From Chitinophagaceae bacterium (GTDB lineage: Bacteria; Bacteroidota; Bacteroidia; Chitinophagales; Chitinophagaceae): a stretch of 38,416 bases of DNA. This document shows positions 1-9,566 of the stretch, in pieces; within the stretch, counting starts at the first letter, position 1; every line of letters begins with the position of its first letter. The translations under genes were made by a program, and so were the position numbers. Where the stretch lies: positions 1 to 38,416 of the forward strand of contig DASYSW010000331.1 in the NCBI GenBank assembly GCA_036002905.1, written 5' to 3'. The notes beneath the pieces were generated by a model that saw only the letters and a list, made by a program, of their open reading frames with translations, was not told where the DNA came from and searched no databases.

Positions 1-1223
1 CATCTCGGGTGATGATCTCTGCCATAGTTCTCTTTTTTCAAAACGCCCTGGCAATAATTGGTACGGCCAAATTCTCCGCCCCATATCACCAGTGTCTCAT
101 CCAATAAACCACGTTGTTTGAGATCCCTGATCAATCCGGCACTTGCCCGATCCGTATCCATACACTGTCCCCTGATCTCTGCAGGTAAATTGCCGTGGCC
201 ATCCCAACCCTGGTGATACAGCTGAACAAAACGAACACCTTTCTCGGAGAGTTTGCGTGCCAGTAAGCAGTTAGCTGCATATGTGCCAGGTATCAAACAG
301 TCAGGTCCATATAATTTAATAGTGTCTTCGGGCTCTTTGCTCAGGTCTGTTATTTCCGGGATGGCTGTTTGCATTCGGTAAGCCATTTCATATTGTTGGA
401 TCTTTGTGTGGATCTCCGGATCTTCAAATTCTTTATACGATTCCTCATTCAATGCCGATAAATTATCCAGCATCCTCCTCCTGTCGGCCTTGTCGATCCC
501 CTCAGGGTTATTTAAATATAACACCGGATTTTCACCACTGCTGAATTGTACGCCCTGGTGAATGGAATCTAAAAACCCATTTGTCCATAATTTTGAATAA
601 ACACCCTGCCCATTTCCTTTGCCCTTTGACAGTAACACACAAAATGCCGGCAGGTTTTTGTTTTCGCTTCCAAGGCCATAACTCAGCCATGCTCCCATGC
701 TTGGTCGATTACCTACCTGTGCTCCGGTTTGAAAAAAAGTCAATGCGGGATCATGATTGATAGCTTCTGTATGTAATGTTTTAATCACGCAAAGCTCATC
801 GGCTATTGATGCAATGTTCGGCAACAATTCACTGAACCACATGCGGTGCTCGCCGTACTGATCGAATTTAAAATAAGAACCGGCCAGCGGAAATTTTTTC
901 TGGTCCGCTGTCATGCCTGTAAGCCGTTGACCCATCCTGATTGATGCAGGCAGTTCTTCACCAAACATTTCATTGAGCTTGGGCTTGTAATCAAAGAGGT
1001 CTAGTTGCGAAGGTGCTCCATTCTGGAAAAGGTAAATGATCCTTTTTGCTTTTGGAGGAAAATGCGGAAGGCCCGTCACCATCGCTTCCTCTTCGCTGCC
1101 TCCTCCAAATAAGTCGGGGATCAACAAAGAACCCAGCGCCGCACTTCCAATACCTAAACTTAATCTCGACAAGAACCGTCGCCGGTTTATGTTGAGACCA
1201 TGTTCCAAAATTTCTTTTTCCAT
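1..1223 (-). CDS. DUF1501 domain-containing protein (sulfatase-like fold). The N-terminus is in the window and the C-terminus runs off the left edge.
   Basis: My reverse-strand translation from the ATG at 1223 gives MEKEILEHGLNINRRRFLSRLSLGIGSAALGS (twin-arginine signal). It stays open to position 1 and ends ...NYGRDHHPR, which is typical of DUF1501. It is missing from the ORF track because no stop lies in the window. It sits directly downstream of a DUF1553 gene, the usual pairing. Confidence 0.8.
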   Translation of the reverse strand, partial: MEKEILEHGLNINRRRFLSRLSLGIGSAALGSLLIPDLFGGGSEEEAMVTGLPHFPPKAKRIIYLFQNGAPSQLDLFDYKPKLNEMFGEELPASIRMGQRLTGMTADQKKFPLAGSYFKFDQYGEHRMWFSELLPNIASIADELCVIKTLHTEAINHDPALTFFQTGAQVGNRPSMGAWLSYGLGSENKNLPAFCVLLSKGKGNGQGVYSKLWTNGFLDSIHQGVQFSSGENPVLYLNNPEGIDKADRRRMLDNLSALNEESYKEFEDPEIHTKIQQYEMAYRMQTAIPEITDLSKEPEDTIKLYGPDCLIPGTYAANCLLARKLSEKGVRFVQLYHQGWDGHGNLPAEIRGQCMDTDRASAGLIRDLKQRGLLDETLVIWGGEFGRTNYCQGVLKKENYGRDHHPR

Positions 1224-1237
1224 AAGTTTTATTTTAC

Positions 1238-1317
1238 GTGAGTCGTGAGTCGTGAATAGTCATTCGTCAATAATGATTCCCACTATCAAGGCTTACTCAC
1301 GACTCACGATTCATCAC
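1238..1317. repeat. Heptad repeat (GTCGTGA/GTGAGTC units) whose arms form a 14-bp perfect inverted repeat around a 44-nt loop
   Basis: cGTGAGTCGTGAGT at 1237-1250 is the exact reverse complement of ACTCACGACTCACg at 1295-1308. The element fills the gap between two co-directional minus-strand genes and overlaps the stop codon at 1314-1316. Confidence 0.7.
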
Positions 1318-3623
1318 TTCACAATCGCTTCGTCCATGTTGTAAATCATAGTTACAGTTTTCATCATAGCAGCCAAAATATCCTGGTCCAGTTTTCTATC
1401 CAATGGGTATTCACCCACGTTCAATGTTGTCGCCGCATTCAATTTTTTTTGTCGAAACAACTGCAGCTGTTCGGTATAATAGTTTCTTAAAATAACCAAC
1501 TCTTTTTCTGTCGCATTGCGGCAAATGATAAGCCGGAATGCTTTGATGATCTTTTCATCGGGATTAGAATGTTCAGTGACCAGCTTTTGCGACAGCACTC
1601 TCGAAGCTTCCAACACTGTTGGATCGTTCATCATCATCAGCGCTTGCAAAGGTGTATTTGTTTTCAGGCGTTTTACTTCACATTGATCACGATTGCTCGC
1701 ATCAAATATTGCCATCGAGGGTGGCGGGACGGTAAGCTTGATAAACGTATACATACCTCTCCTGTACAATGCGTCCCCTTCATCTTGCTTATAAGTTGCC
1801 AAAACCCCGCGACCCGATGTAGCTGCTTCCCATAAACCTTTCGGCTGGTAAGGTTTTACACTTGGACCGCCAATTGTTTTTTTCAGCAAACCGCTGCTGC
1901 ACAAAACAAGATCACGAACTAATTCGGCTGCAAGCCTGACTCTCGGTGCATGCGATAAATAAATATTTTCCGGATCGATTCTCAATTTACTGTCCGTTAT
2001 CTGCGCAGACTGGCGATAAGTGGCTGACAATAAAATTTTTTTCATCAGTCGCTTAATATCCCATCCATTTTCCATAAAATCTACAGCCAGCCAATCGAGT
2101 AATTCAGGATGAGAAGGTAATTCACCTTGCATTCCAAAGTCTCCGGTAGTTTTAACAATACCTCTTCCAAAAATTTCCTGCCAGAGTTGGTTCACAAATA
2201 CTCTTGCTGTCAATGGGTTTCTTGTGTCAACGGTCCATTGGGCCAGGCCCAGCCTGTTTCGTGGAAATTTGCTTTCGTCAAACTTCATCACCGCAGGAAT
2301 CGCGTGGGGTTCTACTTCCGTCGTTGGCATATTATACACACCACGACTGAGAACAAAGGTTTTTCGCAGAGTGTCCTCCGCCATAACTGATACCGTTAAA
2401 TCACCTGTATCTTTTTTGTTTATGAAGGGTAAAACTGCTTTTATATCCGAGTCACTGATATGGATCAAGGGATTTTTAGCCGGCTTTGAAACTGATACGT
2501 CTCCTTCGTAACCTTTTTCCTTGGTATTATTAAAAAATGCCAGCAACGAATAATAATCTTTTTGTTTAAAGGGATCATACTTGTGGTCGTGACACTGCGC
2601 ACATTCAATGGTAAGACCCAATATGCCTTTTCCGTATGTTTTGGTTTTGTCGATCAGGTATTCGATCCTGTATTCCTCGTCGATGACTCCGCCTTCTTCC
2701 GTGTATTTGTGATTACGAAAAAAACCCGTCGCGAGCATTTGTTCTTTCGTTGCCTTGGGCAACATGTCTCCCGCAATCTGCCATACGAGAAACTTATCGT
2801 ACGGAAGATTTTCGTTGAACGCGTGGATTACCCAATCTCGCCAGGGCCATTGAGTGCGTATGTTATCATCCTGGTATCCATAGCTATCAGCATAGCGCGC
2901 CACATCCAACCAATGCACTGCCATCTTCTCTCCATATTGCGGCATGGCCATTAACTCATCGATCATTTTCTCATAAGCATTTGGCGATGTATCATGAAGG
3001 AACCTGTCCATCATATCCAGTGAAGGAGGCAAGCCTGTAATATCCACTGATGCTCGTTTTAATAGTCTTTCCTTGTCAGCCTCATCATTAGGAGACAGAT
3101 TCTTTTCATCCAGTTTTTGTAATATAAAATAGTCGATCTCGTTCCTTGCCCAATCTTTATTGCTGATTTTTGGCAGGGGGTTTTTTTTGGGTGGGACGAA
3201 TGCCCAGTGCGTTTCATAATGAGCACCCTGTTCTATCCATTTTCTGAACAATTTAATTTCATGTTCAGTCAGCGCGCCCAAATGTGATTCGGGCTCCGGC
3301 ATCATGTAAGACGTATCACTGGAGGAGATACGTTTATAAAGTTCTGATTCGTCCGGTTTGCCTGGCACCAACGCAAAAGCGCCCTTGGTTTCCTTCAATG
3401 GAGCAAAAGCACTGTCGGGTATGTCAAGCCTTAACTGTGCTTGTCTTTTATTGGCGTCGGGACCATGACATTTAAAACATTTATCGGAAAGAATTGGCCG
3501 GATGTCGAAGTTGAAGCTGACCTTATCGGGTAATTTATCTCCGCTGTTTTTGGTAAAACAGGAACTGATGACAACGACCGTTGTTGCAATGAAACACAGT
3601 AATGTGGTGATCTTCCATTTCAT
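1314..3623 (-). CDS. PSD1/DUF1553 and DUF1549 domain protein with an N-terminal cytochrome-c-like (PSCyt) domain; lipoprotein
   Basis: 769-aa ORF. It has a lipoprotein-type signal (VVISSC), a CxxCH motif (CFKCHGP), and DUF1549/DUF1553-like blocks such as LDVARYADSYGYQDD and CAQCHDHKYDP. Confidence 0.85.
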   Translation of the reverse strand: MKWKITTLLCFIATTVVVISSCFTKNSGDKLPDKVSFNFDIRPILSDKCFKCHGPDANKRQAQLRLDIPDSAFAPLKETKGAFALVPGKPDESELYKRISSSDTSYMMPEPESHLGALTEHEIKLFRKWIEQGAHYETHWAFVPPKKNPLPKISNKDWARNEIDYFILQKLDEKNLSPNDEADKERLLKRASVDITGLPPSLDMMDRFLHDTSPNAYEKMIDELMAMPQYGEKMAVHWLDVARYADSYGYQDDNIRTQWPWRDWVIHAFNENLPYDKFLVWQIAGDMLPKATKEQMLATGFFRNHKYTEEGGVIDEEYRIEYLIDKTKTYGKGILGLTIECAQCHDHKYDPFKQKDYYSLLAFFNNTKEKGYEGDVSVSKPAKNPLIHISDSDIKAVLPFINKKDTGDLTVSVMAEDTLRKTFVLSRGVYNMPTTEVEPHAIPAVMKFDESKFPRNRLGLAQWTVDTRNPLTARVFVNQLWQEIFGRGIVKTTGDFGMQGELPSHPELLDWLAVDFMENGWDIKRLMKKILLSATYRQSAQITDSKLRIDPENIYLSHAPRVRLAAELVRDLVLCSSGLLKKTIGGPSVKPYQPKGLWEAATSGRGVLATYKQDEGDALYRRGMYTFIKLTVPPPSMAIFDASNRDQCEVKRLKTNTPLQALMMMNDPTVLEASRVLSQKLVTEHSNPDEKIIKAFRLIICRNATEKELVILRNYYTEQLQLFRQKKLNAATTLNVGEYPLDRKLDQDILAAMMKTVTMIYNMDEAIVK

Positions 3624-4110
3624 TCCAGCAGCGAAAGTTACAAAATGTTTCTCTAGGTCGTGGCTGACAACCCTTCTTTAGCATTTGTCCAGCGTTTTAA
3701 ATGGCTAATCTAGCTCGTGTTGGCATTTCCCTATGGGGGAAAAAACTTTGTTTCCCTTTCTGCAAAAACTTCGACTAAGAATCTATAAAAGAAACCGGCA
3801 TTGCCATGCGAAAATGCTTTGGGTCCGAATCAAGCCGTTGCCAGGAGCCAACAATACTTGAAGATGAAGTGATGATTTTCCCGGCAGCAGCCTTTTACAA
3901 GTTCCGCCCTGGAAGATGTCATTGTCCTTCCAGTTGTATTTTGTATCTTTTGTCTCCAATCGGAACTACCTCAAAAGATTCCAATCAATCAGTTAATCCA
4001 CCAACCACGCTGAAGACAGTTATTCATTTATTGCTACCCTGGTTAATTCCCGACCCTTGTCGAGCATCCTAGTTTGGCACATTGATTTTTCATCTATAAA
4101 ACTACTTTTT

Positions 4111-5775
4111 ATGAGAGTTATCGAAGATTCAAATGATTTAAAAGTGGTCGCAATTTCCGGAACTTATGTCGTGGTTCTTGGTTATAATTTACCGGAAGAT
4201 AAATGCGACGGTTTACTTGGTTTTTCCATTCATCGTGTCGATCACAAGGAAAATGAGTCTTATTTTCTCCAGGGTATGAAATGTTTTAAAGAAACAGATC
4301 CTGGATTTCCCTCCGGTTCGCTTTATTCAACGAAGGATCATCCGATCCAAGGCTTTCAATGGGCTGATTATTCCGCAAAGCCCGGATATAATTATACCTA
4401 CACCATTACCGCATTAAAAGGAACCCCCGAAACCCTCACCGAGTTTTTAAAAACGTCCGTTGATATTACTACGGAAGAACCGGATGAAGTAAAACACGAT
4501 GTGTATTTTAATAGGGGAACAGCTGCCTCGCAAGAATATGTAAGACGCTTCGGGGATAAAAAACCCGACAAGGTGGCCAACAATGCCGCATGGATTTGGC
4601 TGTCGAGGGGTTTATATGAGGCAATGAAAAAATTTGTTCAGACATGTCAACCGGGTGTCCATTCTCTTCGTATCGCGGCGTATGAATTTCACTACGAAGA
4701 TTTTTTGGAAGTAATTAAGGAGGCGTCTGACAATGGGGTTGACATACAAATTGTTTATGATTCAAGAAAAGCGCAACCACAGAAAGAAAATAAAATAACG
4801 ATTGAAAAGATTGGAATTGCTAATCTGTGTACCCCAAGGACGGAAGGCAAGTCATTTATTTCCCATAATAAGTTTATTGTTAAACTGGAGAATGGAAAAC
4901 CCGTTTGCGTGTGGACAGGTGGAACAAATTTTTCTGATGGTGGCATCTTTGGACACTCGAATGTTGCACACGTTGTGAAAGATGAAGATCTGGCACAGGC
5001 CTATTTATCCTATTGGGAGGAATTGGCAAAAGACCCGTCGGTTGCGGACACTAGAGAGGAAGTTGAAATATTAACAAAGGTTCCCTCAAATCCCCCACCG
5101 GTAGGAACAACGCCAATTTTTAGTCCGAGAGCAAACCTCGACGCCCTTACTTACTATGCTGATTTGGCTATGTCAGCTAAAAAAGGATTATTCATGACCT
5201 TTGCCTTTGGACTAAATAAAATCTTTAAAGACGTTTATCAGAATAGTACTGCGCTTTTTCGTCTGGCTCTTTTGGAAAAAGCTACGCGTCCGTTAAAGGA
5301 AGGCAGCCAGGAGAAGAAAGACGAAGAGGAAGCAATTCAGAAATTGAGGAATATGCCGGAAAATGTTTTTGCGATCGGGGATTTTATTCGAACCAATGAT
5401 TTTGACGGCTGGGTCGAGGAACATCTTACGGGCCTGAATTCGAACGTACGCTATATCCATAATAAATTCATGCTGGTTGATCCATTGACCGATGACCCAA
5501 TTGTTATTGCCGGCTCAGCAAATTTCAGCGATGCTTCAACTGATGAAAATGATGAGAACATGATTGTCGTTAGAGGAAACACGAGAGTTGCGGACATTTA
5601 TCTCGGGGAATTTATGCGTTTGTTCAGTCATTTTTCTTTTCGCGAGTCTTTAAAATGGAGAAAACCAAACGAGCCGCCCAAGCCATTGTTCAATGATAAT
5701 AATTGGTGGAGGGACAACTTCGGTGACACACCAAGAGCTTCAAGAAGGAAATATTTTGCGTTATTACCAGGCTAG
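4111..5775 (+). CDS. Phospholipase D / HKD superfamily protein with an N-terminal beta-sandwich-like domain and no signal peptide
   Basis: There are two HKD-type motifs: SHNKFIVKLENGKPVCVWTGGTNFSDGG and IHNKFMLVDPLTDDPIVIAGSANFSDAS. I start the gene at ATG 4111 (MRVIEDSN...). The 18-codon TTG-initiated extension from 4057 looks non-coding. Confidence 0.8.
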   Translation: MRVIEDSNDLKVVAISGTYVVVLGYNLPEDKCDGLLGFSIHRVDHKENESYFLQGMKCFKETDPGFPSGSLYSTKDHPIQGFQWADYSAKPGYNYTYTITALKGTPETLTEFLKTSVDITTEEPDEVKHDVYFNRGTAASQEYVRRFGDKKPDKVANNAAWIWLSRGLYEAMKKFVQTCQPGVHSLRIAAYEFHYEDFLEVIKEASDNGVDIQIVYDSRKAQPQKENKITIEKIGIANLCTPRTEGKSFISHNKFIVKLENGKPVCVWTGGTNFSDGGIFGHSNVAHVVKDEDLAQAYLSYWEELAKDPSVADTREEVEILTKVPSNPPPVGTTPIFSPRANLDALTYYADLAMSAKKGLFMTFAFGLNKIFKDVYQNSTALFRLALLEKATRPLKEGSQEKKDEEEAIQKLRNMPENVFAIGDFIRTNDFDGWVEEHLTGLNSNVRYIHNKFMLVDPLTDDPIVIAGSANFSDASTDENDENMIVVRGNTRVADIYLGEFMRLFSHFSFRESLKWRKPNEPPKPLFNDNNWWRDNFGDTPRASRRKYFALLPG

Positions 5776-5890
5776 CACGCGCAAATGCTGCGGATGGTCG
5801 GGTGGATTATTAACCCGCCATTGCTTTTATGACAGTCAGTTGGACGCGAAAAGGTGAACGTTAGCTCCATTGTTCGCCTAAGTTTCCCGT

Positions 5891-6763
5891 TCACTTCCTC
5901 ACCCGTTGAAAAAACTCTTTCTGTAGCATCAACGTTTTGTCGTCAGCCTTAATAGCCTTGATGGCATCAATTAACTGGTTGATGGTATGGTCCGCTACCA
6001 GTTTGCCGAGCGCTGTTGTCGCTTTGTCGCCTTCACCCGCATAGTGATTTGGATAATCGGCGTACCACCAGATGCCCGTGTATACATTCGGGATAGACAA
6101 CCGGTTCTGATTTTTGCCGGATTCATTTTTTGCGCTGTCCAATTGCACGAGTTCGGGACGAAAATATAAAACCTCCGATGTTTCTCTTTCGCCCGCGTGC
6201 TGGTCGCCCTGAGGATCCGAATGACGCAAGGAGGCTACTTGTTTGTTAAATGCAGAATCAGAAGACGGCTGGAAAAAATACACAGCATAATTTCTTTCTT
6301 TTTCCAGTCTTGTTTGAATAAAGTATTTTATCAACTCAGGGTTTCCGCCGTGGCCGTTTACAATAATGATCTTATTAAATCCATTCCTCGCAATCTCATC
6401 GCATGTATTTTCCAATAGATCCCATACCACTCTTTCGGGTAATGCAAAAACGCCGGGCTGGTGCTTGGCTTCGTTTATCTGTCCGTAGAAATAATCGGGG
6501 AACACGACAGCGTATTCTTTTTGTGTAGCACGCAATGCGTACTCACGTACACGTATGAGGTCACTGCCTATTGGCACATGTGGACCATGTTTTTCCAATA
6601 TGCCAATAGGAAGAATACAGGTTTTATTGCTTTTGGTCAAAGCATTATTCCAATCACTCGCTGTTATTTCGTCCCATCGTGTGGGCAGTTTTTGAGCAAT
6701 CGCCTGGAGGCAAACGAAATTTGCTAAGCATAGGAGGGGCAAGAATGCGGTAATTCTTTTCAT
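5891..6763 (-). CDS. Creatininase (creatinine amidohydrolase) family protein, secreted
   Basis: LPIGILEKHGPHVPIGSDL and IIIVNGHGGN match the creatininase family. The signal peptide MKRITAFLPLLCLANFVCLQAIAQ favours the internal ATG at 6763 over 6811. Confidence 0.75.
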   Translation of the reverse strand: MKRITAFLPLLCLANFVCLQAIAQKLPTRWDEITASDWNNALTKSNKTCILPIGILEKHGPHVPIGSDLIRVREYALRATQKEYAVVFPDYFYGQINEAKHQPGVFALPERVVWDLLENTCDEIARNGFNKIIIVNGHGGNPELIKYFIQTRLEKERNYAVYFFQPSSDSAFNKQVASLRHSDPQGDQHAGERETSEVLYFRPELVQLDSAKNESGKNQNRLSIPNVYTGIWWYADYPNHYAGEGDKATTALGKLVADHTINQLIDAIKAIKADDKTLMLQKEFFQRVRK

Positions 6764-6835
6764 TGACAATCGTTTTGACAAATATACCAACGAGGCGGGA
6801 ATGACGCACAACGATCAAGGATGACAATGTCCGGC

Positions 6836-7885
6836 TCACTTATCAGGGCTTGTCTTGGCGAATTCTTTGGCCATTTCATTTAATTGTTTTGCAGTAATGG
6901 TTTCCTTGTCGTCATGAATGATGATCCTGTAATAAAAGCGAACCGATTCACCTTTTTTCAACCGAAGATTTTTTTCGCTTTTACCATTGGTGAATATTTT
7001 CTCAGCAAGGGGATTGGCTGCAAATAAACCGTAACCGCGTGCATGCCAGAAAGTGGGGTAATTTGGATTGCTGGGGTGATCGATGACAACAATGCTAATC
7101 GAATCATTTCCCATTTTGCCATACATTTTACACCAGGCAGCTCTTGTGCTCCACGCATCATCACCTTGTTTTCCTTCACTCGTAAGGTAATTGCCAGTTG
7201 CAATGCTGTCTGTGCTTTTCTTGACAATCGTTACATTTCCTTTGTCGTCTGTGAATTTTTGATCTGTCATTGAAGGGATTTGTAATTCGTGTGCCACTCT
7301 CAATCCCAGCATCCCGTCCTTTGCATCTGCAAACAGAATATCGGTGCTTGCCTTTAATGTAGTTGATCTGTCAATGATTCGCCAATGAGGAGTTCCGCTG
7401 AATTCAAATCCTGTTGTTTCCTCCAGCAACACTTCATTTTTTTGATTCACCCAGTTCGCATGATACGATAATTCACCCCTATCACCATTTGACGTTTCGA
7501 TGATCTTGTCCGTTTTTATCCAACCATACAAATGTTTTTTGTCTGCAGGAATTGCAAATGAGTTATTCCAGAAATCCAATCCGTTTACTTTCTCGAAATT
7601 GAACCAAAGGCCAACGTGATGGGGATGATCGGTGGGATCACCTGGCATGGGATGAAGAGGAAATCCTCTTGTGATCATTGTTCCGTTTGACGCATTGATT
7701 GGCCAGAGGACAGGTTTTTCCAGCGTGTCCGGATAGAAGAAGCTCGTGAATAATTTCTGTCCTATGAAAATATTGACCTTGTTTTCATTTTTCTCCTTTG
7801 CGATCGTTACCATTTCTTTTTGGGAAAATGATGTGCAATACATGACCACACCTGCTATTAATAAAAGATATTTTTTATTAGACAT
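6836..7885 (-). CDS. PmoA-family (DUF6807-like) protein, secreted
   Basis: The block DPTDHPHHVGLWFNFEKVNGLDFWNN is characteristic of this family. The signal peptide starts at MSNKKYLLLIAGVV (ATG 7885). The upstream 17 codons lie inside a repeat element. Confidence 0.7.
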   Translation of the reverse strand: MSNKKYLLLIAGVVMYCTSFSQKEMVTIAKEKNENKVNIFIGQKLFTSFFYPDTLEKPVLWPINASNGTMITRGFPLHPMPGDPTDHPHHVGLWFNFEKVNGLDFWNNSFAIPADKKHLYGWIKTDKIIETSNGDRGELSYHANWVNQKNEVLLEETTGFEFSGTPHWRIIDRSTTLKASTDILFADAKDGMLGLRVAHELQIPSMTDQKFTDDKGNVTIVKKSTDSIATGNYLTSEGKQGDDAWSTRAAWCKMYGKMGNDSISIVVIDHPSNPNYPTFWHARGYGLFAANPLAEKIFTNGKSEKNLRLKKGESVRFYYRIIIHDDKETITAKQLNEMAKEFAKTSPDK

Positions 7886-7907
7886 TTCTGGCTTCAGTTG
7901 TAACAAT

Positions 7908-7993
7908 CTTTGTGTTCTTTGTGGCTCTTTGTGCACTTCGTGACCTTCTCCTCCCGAATAAATGGGTCACAAAAAATCAGAAAGGACACAACG
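7908..7993. repeat. Tandem TTTGTG-unit repeat with an inverted CACAA arm, forming an imperfect hairpin element
   Basis: The left arm is cTTTGTGttcTTTGTGgctcTTTGTGcacTTCGTGacc. The right arm is gggtCACAAAAaatcagaaaggaCACAAcg. There is also an inner GTGACC...GGGTCAC stem. The element lies 23 bp upstream of the PmoA-like start. Confidence 0.6.
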
Positions 7994-8060
7994 CGTTTAA
8001 AAAAAAACCAATTCATATTCTATCACCGCCGATGCTTCCCTTCAGGGGATGGGCGTGCGC

Positions 8061-9416
8061 TTAGTATTTGAACACTTTTTCTCCCGCCATTACTTCCTGC
8101 GTTTTTGAATCGAACGTTATTTTCAAACCTGTGTGAACTGCGGCATTTGTCATTATGGTTGCGATCGAATGGCTATATCCCGCTTCAACGGGAGCATGTG
8201 GCTGTTTGCGGCTTCGAACACATTCCATCCAATTCCGAACATGATTTGACGTGAGCTGATCTCCCCCGGTATTTGCAGACGCAACCACTTGTTCAGTTTG
8301 TGTCAGGCTTACTTCGGGTAACAAATTTGGCTGCATGTTCATTTCATCGGCAAATCTTTTTGTAAGACCACCCGTGGGCGAGACCTTATTGGTGATCAGG
8401 TTTAATTCACCACCGTTGGAGTAGTAAATCTCCGCCGGGTGTTCATCCCCGTTATGCATTCGCGATGAAAATGTAACCTGGAAGCCCGATGTCAAATCGT
8501 CTTCGGGACCATAGTCGAAAACGGCTGTCATCGTGTCCCAGTTTTTTCTTCCGTCTTTCCACACATAAATTCCGCCGTTTGCCACAACGCTGCGCGGATG
8601 TTGCAGCCCACTAAACCAGTGCACCGTGTCTATCTGGTGACTCATCCATTGACCTGGTTGGCCGGATGAATAAGGCCAGAACAGACGGAACTCTAAATAT
8701 TTTCTTGGATCAAAAGGTTCGAAAGGCCTGTTCAATAAAAATCTTTTCCAGTCGGTATCTTCTTCTTTCAACAATGGCACTAAAGCAGGTCTCCTCCAGC
8801 GGCCGGGTTGATTGACATTCCATGTTAATTCAACCATTGTTATTGGTCCAAACTTTCCTGATTTTATAAAACTCTCTGCCGATTTGTAGTTTGCTCCGCT
8901 TCTCCTTTGTGATCCGATCTGTACGATCTTGCCGGAATCCTTTATTGTTTTTAATGCAGCACGATTGTCTTCCATTGTTTCTGCAAATGGCTTTTCACAA
9001 TAGACGTCACAGCCTGCTTTCACTGCTTCGATGGCATGCAGTGCATGCTGAAAATCAGCCGTGCTTACAAATACCGCATCCACTAACTTTTTATCATACA
9101 TGTCTTCGTTGTTACGGCATGCTGTTATATCATGCTGCATCTTGTCTTTCCACACCGCTGCTCCTTCCTCCCTGCGTCTTTTCCAAATATCGGAGACAGC
9201 AACAACTTCGAAATTCAATTCCTTATAATGATTCATAAAACAAGGAAGATGTGAGCTGCGATGACGATCAGAAAAACCAACCACACCTACTCTTACTCTG
9301 TCATTTGCTCCAATAATCCGATTATAGCTTTGAGCGGTCCAGGCAAGTTTTGAAGCCATAATACCTGCTCCTGCAAATGCTGTTTGTTTGATAAAATGAC
9401 GACGGGATTTTTTCAT
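8061..9416 (-). CDS. Gfo/Idh/MocA family oxidoreductase with a twin-arginine (TAT) signal
   Basis: The N-terminus MKKSRRHFIKQTAFAGAGIMAS is a TAT signal. It is followed by a Rossmann-type block (VRVGVVGF) and the family block CEKPFA. Confidence 0.85.
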   Translation of the reverse strand: MKKSRRHFIKQTAFAGAGIMASKLAWTAQSYNRIIGANDRVRVGVVGFSDRHRSSHLPCFMNHYKELNFEVVAVSDIWKRRREEGAAVWKDKMQHDITACRNNEDMYDKKLVDAVFVSTADFQHALHAIEAVKAGCDVYCEKPFAETMEDNRAALKTIKDSGKIVQIGSQRRSGANYKSAESFIKSGKFGPITMVELTWNVNQPGRWRRPALVPLLKEEDTDWKRFLLNRPFEPFDPRKYLEFRLFWPYSSGQPGQWMSHQIDTVHWFSGLQHPRSVVANGGIYVWKDGRKNWDTMTAVFDYGPEDDLTSGFQVTFSSRMHNGDEHPAEIYYSNGGELNLITNKVSPTGGLTKRFADEMNMQPNLLPEVSLTQTEQVVASANTGGDQLTSNHVRNWMECVRSRKQPHAPVEAGYSHSIATIMTNAAVHTGLKITFDSKTQEVMAGEKVFKY

Positions 9417-9566
9417 AATGCAATCTGGATTGAGTTTGATTCTTAAAATTGAGAAAGAAATATTTCTATTCTGAAAATGAGCTGAGAAGTTAAGAAGAAG
9501 TTTCCTGATAACAAGGCGGTATAAATTTCTCTGTTCTTACCGCGCACGATTTAACTGGTCCTCGAT

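Noticed and set aside
1036-1248. 70-aa plus-strand ORF at the DUF1501 start
   Set aside because: It is antisense to the well-supported DUF1501 N-terminus (TAT signal) and extends into the heptad repeat.
3806-4072. 88-aa plus-strand ORF upstream of the PLD-like gene
   Set aside because: The product is Cys/Pro/Ser-rich with no motif. The ORF runs across a hairpin plus T-run at 3909-3950 and overlaps the 4057 ORF-track start. It is probably non-coding.
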